DNA of 64,000 bases, taken from positions 28,272,001 through 28,336,000 of the forward strand of contig NW_027266270.1 in NCBI RefSeq assembly GCF_022045235.1, given 5' to 3'. The notes under the pieces were generated by a model. It saw nothing but the letters and a program-made list of their open reading frames with translations, was not told the DNA's origin and ran no database searches. Of the stretch, positions 1-12,800 are shown one piece after another. The stretch's first letter is position 1. Every line of letters begins with the position of its first letter. This DNA is from Haliotis cracherodii. Its lineage: Eukaryota. The position numbers were made by a program, and so were the translations under genes.

Positions 1-2275
1 TTTTTTTTTAAATCTCAAAATGTTTACTCATTTTTGGTAAAACCCCGAAGAGTTATGAATAGATGAGTGAAAAAATATTGGTCACCCGATGACAAATGTA
101 ATGAACCAGTTAAAATAGAAACCGTTGAGTAAAAACTCAATTGCTCCAAAATTTATCTGGAGCTCTGAACATCCTATGCAATCAGGGTACGATGACACAC
201 AATGACCATGATGAACCAAGTCACTGCAGGAGCCTACCCCAGCGAATCCTCGCCTTGTACAAGAATACGTTGCCAGGGGACTAATATTCTAACCCGGAAT
301 CCAATGGGAGAATTTTCACATTTAATGGGTCACATGTCAGGGGTAAAAATCACCTTGTAACTTCGCTAGTCCTTAAAAAATGATCAGAGTTGCCATCTGC
401 GCGTTAAAAGTGGTAGCCCACAAGGTTATGTAATTTTGTCTTATTTTACTAGTCTCTGACTAGATACTTAAAAATGGTTTCCAGTACATGATTACATAAA
501 TCTGAATATGATCAACAAGTGTTCAAAGCAAGATGTATGTAGGAATCCGTGTTATCATGGTTATGCAAGACCACAAAAAAGCACAGCCTATCCAAATACA
601 TGAATTAGTACAGACGCCCTGCAAAACAGATGTATATTTTCACCATAGCAGAACCACAAATTCTTTTTGACAAAGAAGACACACACAAAAAAAACCCTAC
701 TAATCCTGTTAGGCACATGATATTGTATGAGTAAACAGAGCAGTTCCTTTATCCCATCATGTCTGGCTTTTGTGGTAGAACTTTGTTGTACAATCTGTAG
801 CCTGGTGCCCTTGTCACACAATATGCAGATCAGGTATCTCAACTATGTTGTAACATTATCCTACAGTAACAATGCCAGTTATTGTATACAATTTATGTGC
901 CAGAACTGTGATAGAATAACAGAAATATTGGAATAGTGATACAATGAAATGGTACTGAGGGGCCAATATTCAGTATGCAACAAATGTCAGTAAAAGTTTC
1001 CAAATGGAAATTATTAATTTCCTGCTCTCTGTTAATACAGCTGTAATTAATGTCACAGCTTGGTCGAGGGGAAATGTTTTTCGCTTAAAGCAGGACTAAT
1101 AAACATAATAGAGGAACAGCCTTAACATGTGTAATGCTTAATATTACATTATTGCATTTATTGAAATTTGAAAATACCTTTTCAAATTAGAACTTTAAAA
1201 AAGGATGCATACTATTTTCAATATTCAACATGTTCAATAGACGATCATGATAAATCATGTGTTTGTTGATTTTACATAGTTGTCCAAAAAACTTTAAAAT
1301 GAGAAACTATGAAACTAATAAAAATGTTGAAAGCTACCTTTATTATGTTTATCAACTAACCATGCTAACATGACCAACAAGTACTATGTCATTATTTTAG
1401 TAAGCTATTATTTTTGTACATGATCATGATGTTGGAAATTATTCTTTCACATCCCCTGTCATGCCTATTGTCTGATAGTGTTGTGAATGAAGTCTGAAAG
1501 TAATGGGGCCCTTTTCATCATGGTCAAAATCCTATTTTTGAAGTTGAAGATTTATCATGTATGGCATGCTAATGTTCAAATACATTGCAAACCTCAACAG
1601 CCCTGACCCCCTTTAATTTTGAACAGTCTACCATGTCCACAACACATGTTAATGCTATTCTTCCAGCACCAGGACATTTCCTCCCAGAAGTCTTATCAAA
1701 GTTTCCCCATTCCATTTAGCACATACAGAAAGCAGGAATGTCTACCCACTCGGTAGGATAACCTCTAACTGTGAATTTGTTGTGGGCCCAGGTATAGTTC
1801 TGGCCCTCTGACATTCACATCTTCATCTACTTAACTAAAGCTAGAATGTCCTTGCTGACCACCGGCAAACCTTTGTTTGACCCTGGACAGAACAGTCAAC
1901 TGCACATTGTCAAAGATTCTATTCACGTACCCACCATTGCGGCTTTGACCACGGCTGACCAACATGACCAATTTTTCTAGAGGAGAAATACTCTCTGATG
2001 ATTATTTTTTAAAGGAGTTGTAACTTGTCAAATGGTTTGTAGTTGATCATTAGAATATCAAAATGCCAGCTATGATTTCAGTTGTGTGAAACAAATATAT
2101 TGACAACAGCAACGCTAGTATGCCAGCTGCTATAGTATTCATTTACATGATTTAGGGTTTACGTGACGCACAAATGTGCGTCCAGTATGGAAAAAGGTAT
2201 AGAATGAATCCAGAAAAAGAATATACTGCGGATGCACAATAATATTCACTATACCTACAGCACATCAAGCGCAGT
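1..2275. repeat. Direct duplication A, copy 1 (apparently identical to 3887-6161)
   Basis: 1-2275 recurs at offset +3886. The ORF track shows identical ORFs at 588/4474 and 727/4613. Copies diverge after ...TCAAGCGCAGT (2275/6161). No mismatch was noticed by eye. The unit probably starts before the window. Confidence 0.95.
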
Positions 2276-3886
2276 CATGCTTGACCTGTCATGACAGTGG
2301 ATGATATGCAGTGGGCGTGGTACATATCATGGGAGATTGTGGTCATGATTAGTAATTTGTTAAATTTTAATTGAGAAATTTACTTTACACAGAACCGCTG
2401 AACACCGTACTTACATGAAACTTTTGTTAGGAATTGTAACGGATCTATTCAGCCATGGAATAGTGTGTGTGAATTATGCATTTTGATCAGCGTATATGAT
2501 GTCGTAGCAGAAAAATTATAGTAAATGTTTTGTTAGAGACACATTTGTGATATAATAGGACATTTTTATTTTTCCCCCCAACTTTTGATGGGACATTCTT
2601 TTTCATTGACTGTCATTTAATTTACTAGACAATTAACAGAGCAGAAACCCTGGTCATGCATGTAATATATATTATTTTAAAAAAACATACTGTATACATG
2701 TTAATATGCACTCCAGCTGCTTTGAAAATCATACAAGTTTAATTTGTTTTCAGAGAGCTATCAGTAGGGAACAAACTTAGTTCAGATGTTGATGAAACTA
2801 AAACTTTTTCGATAATAGTTTCTGTGCAATAATACACCCCATCTGCACTCCTGTTATCTGTAAAACAATGTCTGTAACATACACCAGAAAATATGGACTG
2901 CCAAGTAAATTTTCTGTCTTGTTTGGAGGTGCTTATATAAGATTACTTACAGACTGGTTAGGAAGTTGCTAAGGGGCACATATTGGAGCAGGATGCTTAT
3001 TAGAGTGAATACTGTATGTATATATATAATGTTTTGACTTTAAAAAGTTATCAAGTTTATGTTGAACTGTATCACAGGCACCTGAGACCTGAAGCCATTA
3101 ACTCCATTATGAGCATAGATACATATACTGGGACATATTATTTGCCCTTGTGATCCCAGTTTCAGAATTTGAGAACTTTGAACTCAGTAGTCCATCCAAA
3201 AAACACTCACATGTTTCATATTCTACTTCTGATAATCATGATAATGAGTGAGTGAGTTTCAATTCAAAGTCATCAACAGATTTGCACTTGCAGTCATGAA
3301 GCCATAACACATATTCTAATCATGATAATAATTCAGAACAAGTGAGTAAATGTGAATGTAAACATGGTAAAAATCCTATAAGTGTCAGTGAAAAAAGTAT
3401 CACTGACATATTGCAAAGTTCGGCAGCTATAAATGCATTTATCAGGTTAAGCCATAAATCCTTAGTCATAACCCTAAAAATAAATGACCCTCCATTTCCG
3501 AGAAATGTCATATGGTTCCCTTAGCCCCATATTTCTAACACATGGTCCATCACAGGTTTGTTTGTTGTTTAGTGCCTGCACTCAGACCAGGGCCTGTTAA
3601 TAATATGTTGATATGGACCAGACAATCCTGTGATTGATATTATGAGCAACATCCAGAGCTACAAATAAGCTGCGTAACCCCCCCCCCCCCCCCCCCCAAA
3701 TATTCAAAACTCAATTACTTTCAATTAACTTGCATACACAAACGCATGTATTTTAGGAAAAACTAAAATGTATAAAAGCAGCACGCTTTTTCAGCGTGCA
3801 TACAACAGAGCTTATTTACAAGCGAATTTACTTTCAGATTCAAGCCTGTATTTAGAACCGTTATATACATCTAAAACATTATTTCA

Positions 3887-6161
3887 TTTTTTTTTAAATC
3901 TCAAAATGTTTACTCATTTTTGGTAAAACCCCGAAGAGTTATGAATAGATGAGTGAAAAAATATTGGTCACCCGATGACAAATGTAATGAACCAGTTAAA
4001 ATAGAAACCGTTGAGTAAAAACTCAATTGCTCCAAAATTTATCTGGAGCTCTGAACATCCTATGCAATCAGGGTACGATGACACACAATGACCATGATGA
4101 ACCAAGTCACTGCAGGAGCCTACCCCAGCGAATCCTCGCCTTGTACAAGAATACGTTGCCAGGGGACTAATATTCTAACCCGGAATCCAATGGGAGAATT
4201 TTCACATTTAATGGGTCACATGTCAGGGGTAAAAATCACCTTGTAACTTCGCTAGTCCTTAAAAAATGATCAGAGTTGCCATCTGCGCGTTAAAAGTGGT
4301 AGCCCACAAGGTTATGTAATTTTGTCTTATTTTACTAGTCTCTGACTAGATACTTAAAAATGGTTTCCAGTACATGATTACATAAATCTGAATATGATCA
4401 ACAAGTGTTCAAAGCAAGATGTATGTAGGAATCCGTGTTATCATGGTTATGCAAGACCACAAAAAAGCACAGCCTATCCAAATACATGAATTAGTACAGA
4501 CGCCCTGCAAAACAGATGTATATTTTCACCATAGCAGAACCACAAATTCTTTTTGACAAAGAAGACACACACAAAAAAAACCCTACTAATCCTGTTAGGC
4601 ACATGATATTGTATGAGTAAACAGAGCAGTTCCTTTATCCCATCATGTCTGGCTTTTGTGGTAGAACTTTGTTGTACAATCTGTAGCCTGGTGCCCTTGT
4701 CACACAATATGCAGATCAGGTATCTCAACTATGTTGTAACATTATCCTACAGTAACAATGCCAGTTATTGTATACAATTTATGTGCCAGAACTGTGATAG
4801 AATAACAGAAATATTGGAATAGTGATACAATGAAATGGTACTGAGGGGCCAATATTCAGTATGCAACAAATGTCAGTAAAAGTTTCCAAATGGAAATTAT
4901 TAATTTCCTGCTCTCTGTTAATACAGCTGTAATTAATGTCACAGCTTGGTCGAGGGGAAATGTTTTTCGCTTAAAGCAGGACTAATAAACATAATAGAGG
5001 AACAGCCTTAACATGTGTAATGCTTAATATTACATTATTGCATTTATTGAAATTTGAAAATACCTTTTCAAATTAGAACTTTAAAAAAGGATGCATACTA
5101 TTTTCAATATTCAACATGTTCAATAGACGATCATGATAAATCATGTGTTTGTTGATTTTACATAGTTGTCCAAAAAACTTTAAAATGAGAAACTATGAAA
5201 CTAATAAAAATGTTGAAAGCTACCTTTATTATGTTTATCAACTAACCATGCTAACATGACCAACAAGTACTATGTCATTATTTTAGTAAGCTATTATTTT
5301 TGTACATGATCATGATGTTGGAAATTATTCTTTCACATCCCCTGTCATGCCTATTGTCTGATAGTGTTGTGAATGAAGTCTGAAAGTAATGGGGCCCTTT
5401 TCATCATGGTCAAAATCCTATTTTTGAAGTTGAAGATTTATCATGTATGGCATGCTAATGTTCAAATACATTGCAAACCTCAACAGCCCTGACCCCCTTT
5501 AATTTTGAACAGTCTACCATGTCCACAACACATGTTAATGCTATTCTTCCAGCACCAGGACATTTCCTCCCAGAAGTCTTATCAAAGTTTCCCCATTCCA
5601 TTTAGCACATACAGAAAGCAGGAATGTCTACCCACTCGGTAGGATAACCTCTAACTGTGAATTTGTTGTGGGCCCAGGTATAGTTCTGGCCCTCTGACAT
5701 TCACATCTTCATCTACTTAACTAAAGCTAGAATGTCCTTGCTGACCACCGGCAAACCTTTGTTTGACCCTGGACAGAACAGTCAACTGCACATTGTCAAA
5801 GATTCTATTCACGTACCCACCATTGCGGCTTTGACCACGGCTGACCAACATGACCAATTTTTCTAGAGGAGAAATACTCTCTGATGATTATTTTTTAAAG
5901 GAGTTGTAACTTGTCAAATGGTTTGTAGTTGATCATTAGAATATCAAAATGCCAGCTATGATTTCAGTTGTGTGAAACAAATATATTGACAACAGCAACG
6001 CTAGTATGCCAGCTGCTATAGTATTCATTTACATGATTTAGGGTTTACGTGACGCACAAATGTGCGTCCAGTATGGAAAAAGGTATAGAATGAATCCAGA
6101 AAAAGAATATACTGCGGATGCACAATAATATTCACTATACCTACAGCACATCAAGCGCAGT
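3887..6161. repeat. Direct duplication A, copy 2
   Basis: Same sequence as 1-2275. Confidence 0.95.
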
Positions 6162-7176
6162 TATGGGTGTTGGTCACAACCGTGACCACAGTCCACTTGA
6201 TCATTTATTCATTCCAGGCGTAATGTAAATATCAAAACATACAGTACACTACACCATTTCACTACTTTACAGGACCCTCATACTGCCTACAAGGACCCTT
6301 AAAATTAATCATTAGGGGTCAGTCATCATGGTCGTGGTAAAACCCTGATTATATTATAACTGTGATTGTATGGCCAGTATTTCAGATACATCATTTAAGG
6401 CTTTTCATTATTAATTTCAATCTCAACTTTGATCATGGTGACAAACTAATCAGTCTGTTGTACACCTTTGTGTGCTCCAGAGATAACATCTTTCCTTTCA
6501 CATGTGCATCTCAGGCAACAAAATATGAGAAGATTGGGGTCCGGCTAGGTGACTTGGATGATTGTGTGTCGTCCTACCCTGATTATGTGGGTGGCCTGGA
6601 TCCTTGCTCATGGGTAATCACTGGCTTTTCTGATCTAGATTTGATTCTTTACTGGAAGTTTATCATGCAGCCTTATTTAAAAACAGTAATTGTCACCCAC
6701 CAGGATAGGGTGCTAGGATACAGTTGTGCTGTGACGTCATTAAGAAAGACGATTGTCAACTTACTTCTGTAAAAGTCGCCATGTGTGAGGACGGTACAAA
6801 AATATATTATTTTTCTCTCGTTAGTTTGTAATGTATTAAAATAATTATTTCAAAACAATTCAGCATACATGTCTACGTTCAGTTAATCAGGCATTATGTC
6901 TAAAAAACGTAATTATTACATAAACAGTTATAAGTCTGAAAATGGGACTTTGCAGAGAATGAGTCCAAAAGTTTGATGCCATGTATCTCTGTATCTTGAA
7001 CGCAAAGCCAATTTCACCTAACCGTCTATCATGTTTAATCATGCACATGCTAAAATATTTTACAGTTTAATTGTGACAAATCTTACAGAATCATCTGCAG
7101 AATCACAAATCTTGGCAAAACAACCTTTGACAAAACAACTTCAGAATTATTTGTTTTGTTTGGTCAATACTTTCAC

Positions 7177-7536
7177 GGCCGCCTCCGTGGTCTAGTGGTA
7201 GAGCGTCCGCCCGGGGAACGGAAGGTCCGGGGTTCAATCCCTGATCACATCATACCCAAAGACTTTTAGATGTGGTACTTGTTGTTAAGCTGTTTGGCGC
7301 TCGACAATCAGGGGCTAAAACAAGGACTGGTCTGCTTGGAGTCAGTATACTGTGTCTGAGTGGGGTATTGATGTAAAACTGCAGCATGGTAACTCAGTGG
7401 GCTGGCACTATAAATCGGCATCAGTCTGGACTAGTACAAGCAGCCACACACACACAAACACACACACACGTGTATGCATGTCACTATATAAGTGCAATTA
7501 TCTTGGACGTGACGTTAAACCCCATTTAACCTCACC
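7177..7536 (+). mobile_element. tRNA-headed SINE (family D), full length
   Basis: Head GGCCGCCTCCGTGGTCTAGTGGTAGAGCG...GGTTCAATCCC has Pol III A and B boxes; tail ...GACGTTAAACCCC; 13-bp TSD TCAATACTTTCAC at 7164-7176 and 7537-7549. Fragments also near 11590-11730, 26370-26447(-), 28397-28474(-), 49560-49700 and 60632-60665(-). Confidence 0.85.
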
Positions 7537-9270
7537 TCAATACTTTCACACTTAGAGTTACTTTGTATAAAATCATGACAGATGTGAAAGAAAGTTGATA
7601 GCAAAAACCACAGCTTGTGCAACATTCATAACATGCAGTCATGCTTGAAATATCAAACTGCATGGTTAAGATTGACAGTGAAAAGGCTGAAAATACAATT
7701 AGAAACATATTATGGATCAGCCAAGTTTATAATCTGGCATTAAATTGTTTAGCTGCAGGTCTACAAATTTAATTTCATTTAAATCTATACACCTAAAGAC
7801 TAATTAATTTTATCATTGATTAATATATAAGATACTTTTCAGTCTATATATATCGAAACTACATTGCTGCATCATTTCCATGTTATTCATGTTCTTATGT
7901 TTTTAGCAAAGGCGACTTTTATTTCTCTGATAACCTATAAGCATAAGAGAAACAACAAGCAATGTTGAAATACCTATAAATTTAAGAAAATATGGACTTT
8001 TAAACAATTCCAAATTTGGGTCAACTTTTATGCCCCAGGCCTTCGGTTTAAATTGCTAGATAGACACTTTTGTTGATATAACCATGGTAACCATGGTAAC
8101 ACTTAACAAGTTATTTTAATAATTTTGAGGCTGTGATGAAATCCAGTGGTTTGCAGATTTGAGCAAAATCTGTCATGGAATTCAAAGAATTTTGCCTCAG
8201 ATTCCTTCAGTAGTGTTGTGATGTGTTTGTGGGAGTCCTGGACACAGTAGGAGGGTCCACAGCTGACATGTTTAATACATCCCTTCAGGAGATGCCATAA
8301 TGTTCTGATAATGTTATCATATCAAGTTGATATGGATAGTACAACTATATAAGTCCCAGTTTTCAACCAGAGAGCAATTAATTGGTTCCATAGGACAGAA
8401 TGTTTTCAGGAATTTGCTAGACCTGCTTAGAGTCTGATATTCGACCCCAGGTCTGCAGCAAATGTCAGTTAAAATTCCCAATTTGGAATTAAACATTTCC
8501 CAATTCATGTTAAAATACATGATGTTGTTATAAACTATAAGTGTTATGGCTTTGTAGAGCATGAAGAGGTAAACTTGTATATTCCACTGGTAACCATGGT
8601 AACAGGACCAATAAAGAGGAAGAGGCTGTCATTCTTAATTTTACAACATTGCACTGATTGCAATGTTAAAATACCTTCAAATTTAGGATAATAAGAACTT
8701 CCAAAAAAATACTTTTAACAAAATATTCTTTTTCTCAATTTGCTTGACCATTTTGACAAGGGCACTTAGTTCAGAATCCTAAATACATCACTGTAAGCTG
8801 AAAGATAAAATCAAATAGCACTGCCCTGTCATGTCTGTCAACAGTCTATATATATCTGTCATGTCTATCATGTTTATCTCATCAATTACTCAACATGCTC
8901 AAATACTTTATTACAAAATGATAACTAGTGAGCTTGAAATTCCTGTACTGATAGCAGCAGTTGGTCAGTAACCATGTTAACGGTCAACATGGTAGAAACT
9001 GGGATATATCTGGTATCCAAAGTATGCCTTCTTCTGAAGCAATACATTTTGGGAAGGTTAAAAGTGCCCTCAGCGTCCAAAATTACCTCGTTTTGTTTAT
9101 TTTCTATTAAGATTTCTTATTTTCTTAAATTCAGAGGTATTGTATTTTAACATTGCTTTCATGTAAGAATGTAAGACAAGAAAACAATCATGTAAAAACT
9201 AAGAATGACTATGATTGAGAAAAGTTTCATTATTTGTCCTGTTACCAGTGAACATGGTGAAGTACAACTG

Positions 9271-9615
9271 CAGGGGTATTCAAACTTCAAATATCAAAAT
9301 TTCCTAATTCTACTTGCCCAGCCTGATTTTCAACTTGCCCTGCTAGATTATAGAAAAGAAGAAAACTTAAGTATTAACAATAAAACTTTGTTAACTGAAG
9401 CAACAGTTGATAAAGATGTGAAGAAGAAAAAAAAAATGTCTAGTCGGATACTTTATCTGAAAATGACAAACCATAAATAGTGCTTGTTCTAAATTTGACA
9501 GTTAATACTGCCGATTTAATACTTGCCTGAGGGCAACTAAATTATTTTTTCCCACTTGCCAGGCACTTAAGTTTCACAAGTCGGGCAAGTCGGGTATACT
9601 AATTGAACACCCCTG
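9271..9615. mobile_element. Putative hAT-like non-autonomous element (MITE)
   Basis: Terminal inverted repeats CAGGGGTATTCAA / TTGAACACCCCTG and several internal ACTTGCC/GGCAAGT subterminal motifs. TSD not cleanly preserved. Confidence 0.5.
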
Positions 9616-9886
9616 ACAAGTCATCTTTTTCCATATGTATATCAGCACTGGAACCTACTGTGACAACATGAATTTGGAATTCTTAACTGCACTTTGGAAA
9701 TGCCAGAGTGGTTTACTAACTTTGCGGGAAACTAGTTTGTCATCATGGCCACAAAGCTACCATGCTTCAGTTTTCTGTACAATTATGAAAAAATAGGATG
9801 AATTTATGAACTTAAATGCATTGATAATGTTCAACTTGTTATGACCATGATAACACTGAAATTGATGACTTATCTGCAGATTCAAG

Positions 9887-12800
9887 ATGGCCCAGAAGTG
9901 CCCTGTGTGCAGCAAGCCTGTGTACTTTGCAGAGGAACTGAAAGCAATTGGGAAGACATTCCATAAACTCTGTTTGAAATGCAGTAAGTCATATAGGGAC
10001 CGACCATTTTTCTGGCATGCAATTCTTTTTTACTTAACAGTCTGAAGCATTATCATTTTTCAAAGAATCTTTTGGGACAAATTGTTCTTTTCTCAATAAA
10101 TTCTCATTCCCATTAAACTCCCACCTCCACCCCCACCCCCCAGTTTGCTGCTCAGTAACAGTACTACATGGGTTTGTTTTCACTAGTTCTTTGATCACCC
10201 ATGAATATATACAGCCAAGGGGCGTTCGGGTAGCCTAGTGGTTAAAGCGTTCGCTCGTCAATTCCCGACATGGGTGCAATGTGTGAAGCCCATTTCTGGT
10301 GTCCCCCGCCATGATATTGCTGGAATATTGCTAAAAGCGGTGTTAAACTCACTCACTCACTCACTCACAGCCAAATTTGGTATAATATTAACGCATGTAC
10401 TTATTTTCTGTAAAGGAGTGAAATAGCATGTTTAGGACATGCAAATTAGCCCTACTCTTTCTGCTTCACTTCTAAAGAAATCATACACATTCAACATCAA
10501 CTGTTTAACATCTGCTGAGTAGCGCATCTTGTCATTGAATGAACAGGGTCACTGTGTAGCACGTGCAGACCATGCTTGCGCTGTTCCTTCCACGGTTTGT
10601 CCCCCTACGTGTCATGTACACATTTCTATACAAAATTACATGATAGTTTCTTAAAGAACTTCATCCGTCATGGGTCTTAAAATAAACAAAATTCAGATTT
10701 TGTTGGGTACAGGGTATTCATGGTCAAGTACCGTATTGATGTTTCATACACTTTCTGAATTTCGAGTTATTTTGCAATTCATCATTCTCATTTGGAGTCA
10801 AACGGACTGTAGTCATATACAATGATGGGTGATAAAGGAACGTAGTGCATACAAACCAATGAAGTCTTGATGATGAAAATTGCTCTTCACAGATGATTTC
10901 CCTAGGCATGGCTTATGATCATTATGATCATGGGTTTTAAAGCTGTTTGGCCTGATTAATATTCTAGGTTTGACAGCACTAGGTAGCTATTTTATCATGT
11001 TTATAGTCTTGTGGATATTTCTGAACTCTGACTTGTAAATAATGTCCTTCCTACAATCCATGAGGGGTTAGTTTCATTGAGGACGGGTGAAATTAAAAAA
11101 AATAAACCTTTTTATCATGTTCACCTTAAGGAAGAGAATTTATGGATGTCAACTTCTTTATGATGAGGAACACAACGTTTTGGAGTATATGCTTACTCAT
11201 TCATCAGGTGATGCATAATCCCAGCAACGGCTTGGATGTTTCAAAGAATAATTTACTGAATGTTTCAGGCAAGTGCAACAAACTGCTGGACAGTACATCA
11301 GTGAACGACCATGACGGCAGCTTGTTCTGTCGATCCTGCTACAGCAAGAACTTTGGCCCAAAGGGGTACGGCTTTGCTGCAGGGGGGGCAGGACTCTCTA
11401 CAGAGTATGGCAAGAGCAGCCAAGTTCGGAGGTAATTGCAGAGTTTATTCTTGGCAGTGGAATGACTATATTTTGCAGAACAATTCAGAATTTTCCTGTT
11501 TGTGTGTTGAGGACTGAACTGCAGCCAGATGATTATAAATGTCTACATATATAATGAATTTCAATAGGAATTGTTTTGTGGTCTGGTGGATAGAGCCACT
11601 GCAGTAGGTTGGTGGTTTGAGAACCCTTGCTGTGTCATACCAAAAGACTTACTTGTTGTTTCCTTGCCTGGAGATAAGACAAGGACTGGTTGGCTTGGAG
11701 TCAGTACTATGTCTTGAGTGGGGTGCCACTGTTGAACAATATGTTGTAATTTGATATCTTGATTAACATTCTTTAATTTTTTATTTAATTTTTTTTTTAT
11801 TCCTATGTATATTAAGCTGATTAATGCATGGTGTGTCTGTGTTTTCAATCTGATTTGCTGATTGAGCCTGTTCTAATGTCTAGTGGTGGGGGGTCTGCTG
11901 CTTCAACTGATGGGCGGCCCAAATTTGGTGGAACTGACCAATGCCCCCGATGTAAGCAAGCAGTTTACTTCGCTGAAGAGGCAAGAGCGCTGGGGAAGAA
12001 GTTCCACAAGAAATGTCTTGTCTGCAGTAAGTAGGGCTGGAACGATACAAAGAGAATCTCACCTGAGTGTCAGTGGATATCAAAGATATCAATAGGAGTC
12101 AGTAATAATTTAGAACTCAGAGGCATGTTTTTTCATTGTGGTGTGTTTGTCCAGACCATATCTCTAAAACTAAAAGGTATTCTTTTTTGAAACTGTGCAC
12201 ACAAAACCAGGTCGTCAACTGGTGCCTTTTGCTATTTAGGGATTTTTAGAATATATATTTTTTTCCATTTCTATGCCAACAAGTTTGAATTTGACTCTGT
12301 CCATATTGGTGTGTACTCTAGTTAGAAATACAAAGGTCTGAATCCCAATTCATAGCTCAATAACTACTCTTGTACACACTGTATACAGACAGGCAGATTA
12401 GATAGAAATTCTCACATCAAGTAATACTCAGATGATTTGTTCTTTAGAATTTGTTGGGCCCAGGGGGATTTGTCATTCTCTAATGGCTTTTTTTAAACTT
12501 TGTAAACAGTAATATGTAGTGTCTTGAATTTAAAAAGGACAGCTGACAGCTAGTTGCAGAGAGATTAGTGATGTCATTTAATTGTGATGTCTGGGTAACT
12601 GAGGATGTCACAATGGTCTGCAATACATTGTGATACAATTTCATTGCAGCGATATCACCCAGGAGATTTGATCTTACCTAAGCATTATCTCCTGAGGAAT
12701 GATAAACAATGATTAACTTTTTTGTGACATGATAATTATCTTGTTAGTAAGGTCGCGGTACTGTACATGAAAACTTGATAATTGACGTGCTAATGAAAGT

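Noticed and set aside
588-936. ORFs repeated identically at 4474-4822
   Set aside because: The repetition reflects the DNA duplication; no domain, splice or composition support.
8558-8568. Possible 11-nt micro-exon (AG|AGCATGAAGAG|GTAAAC) that would add MKRFK in frame to CSRP
   Set aside because: The frame match has a one-in-three chance and the pyrimidine tract is weak; unsupported without transcripts.
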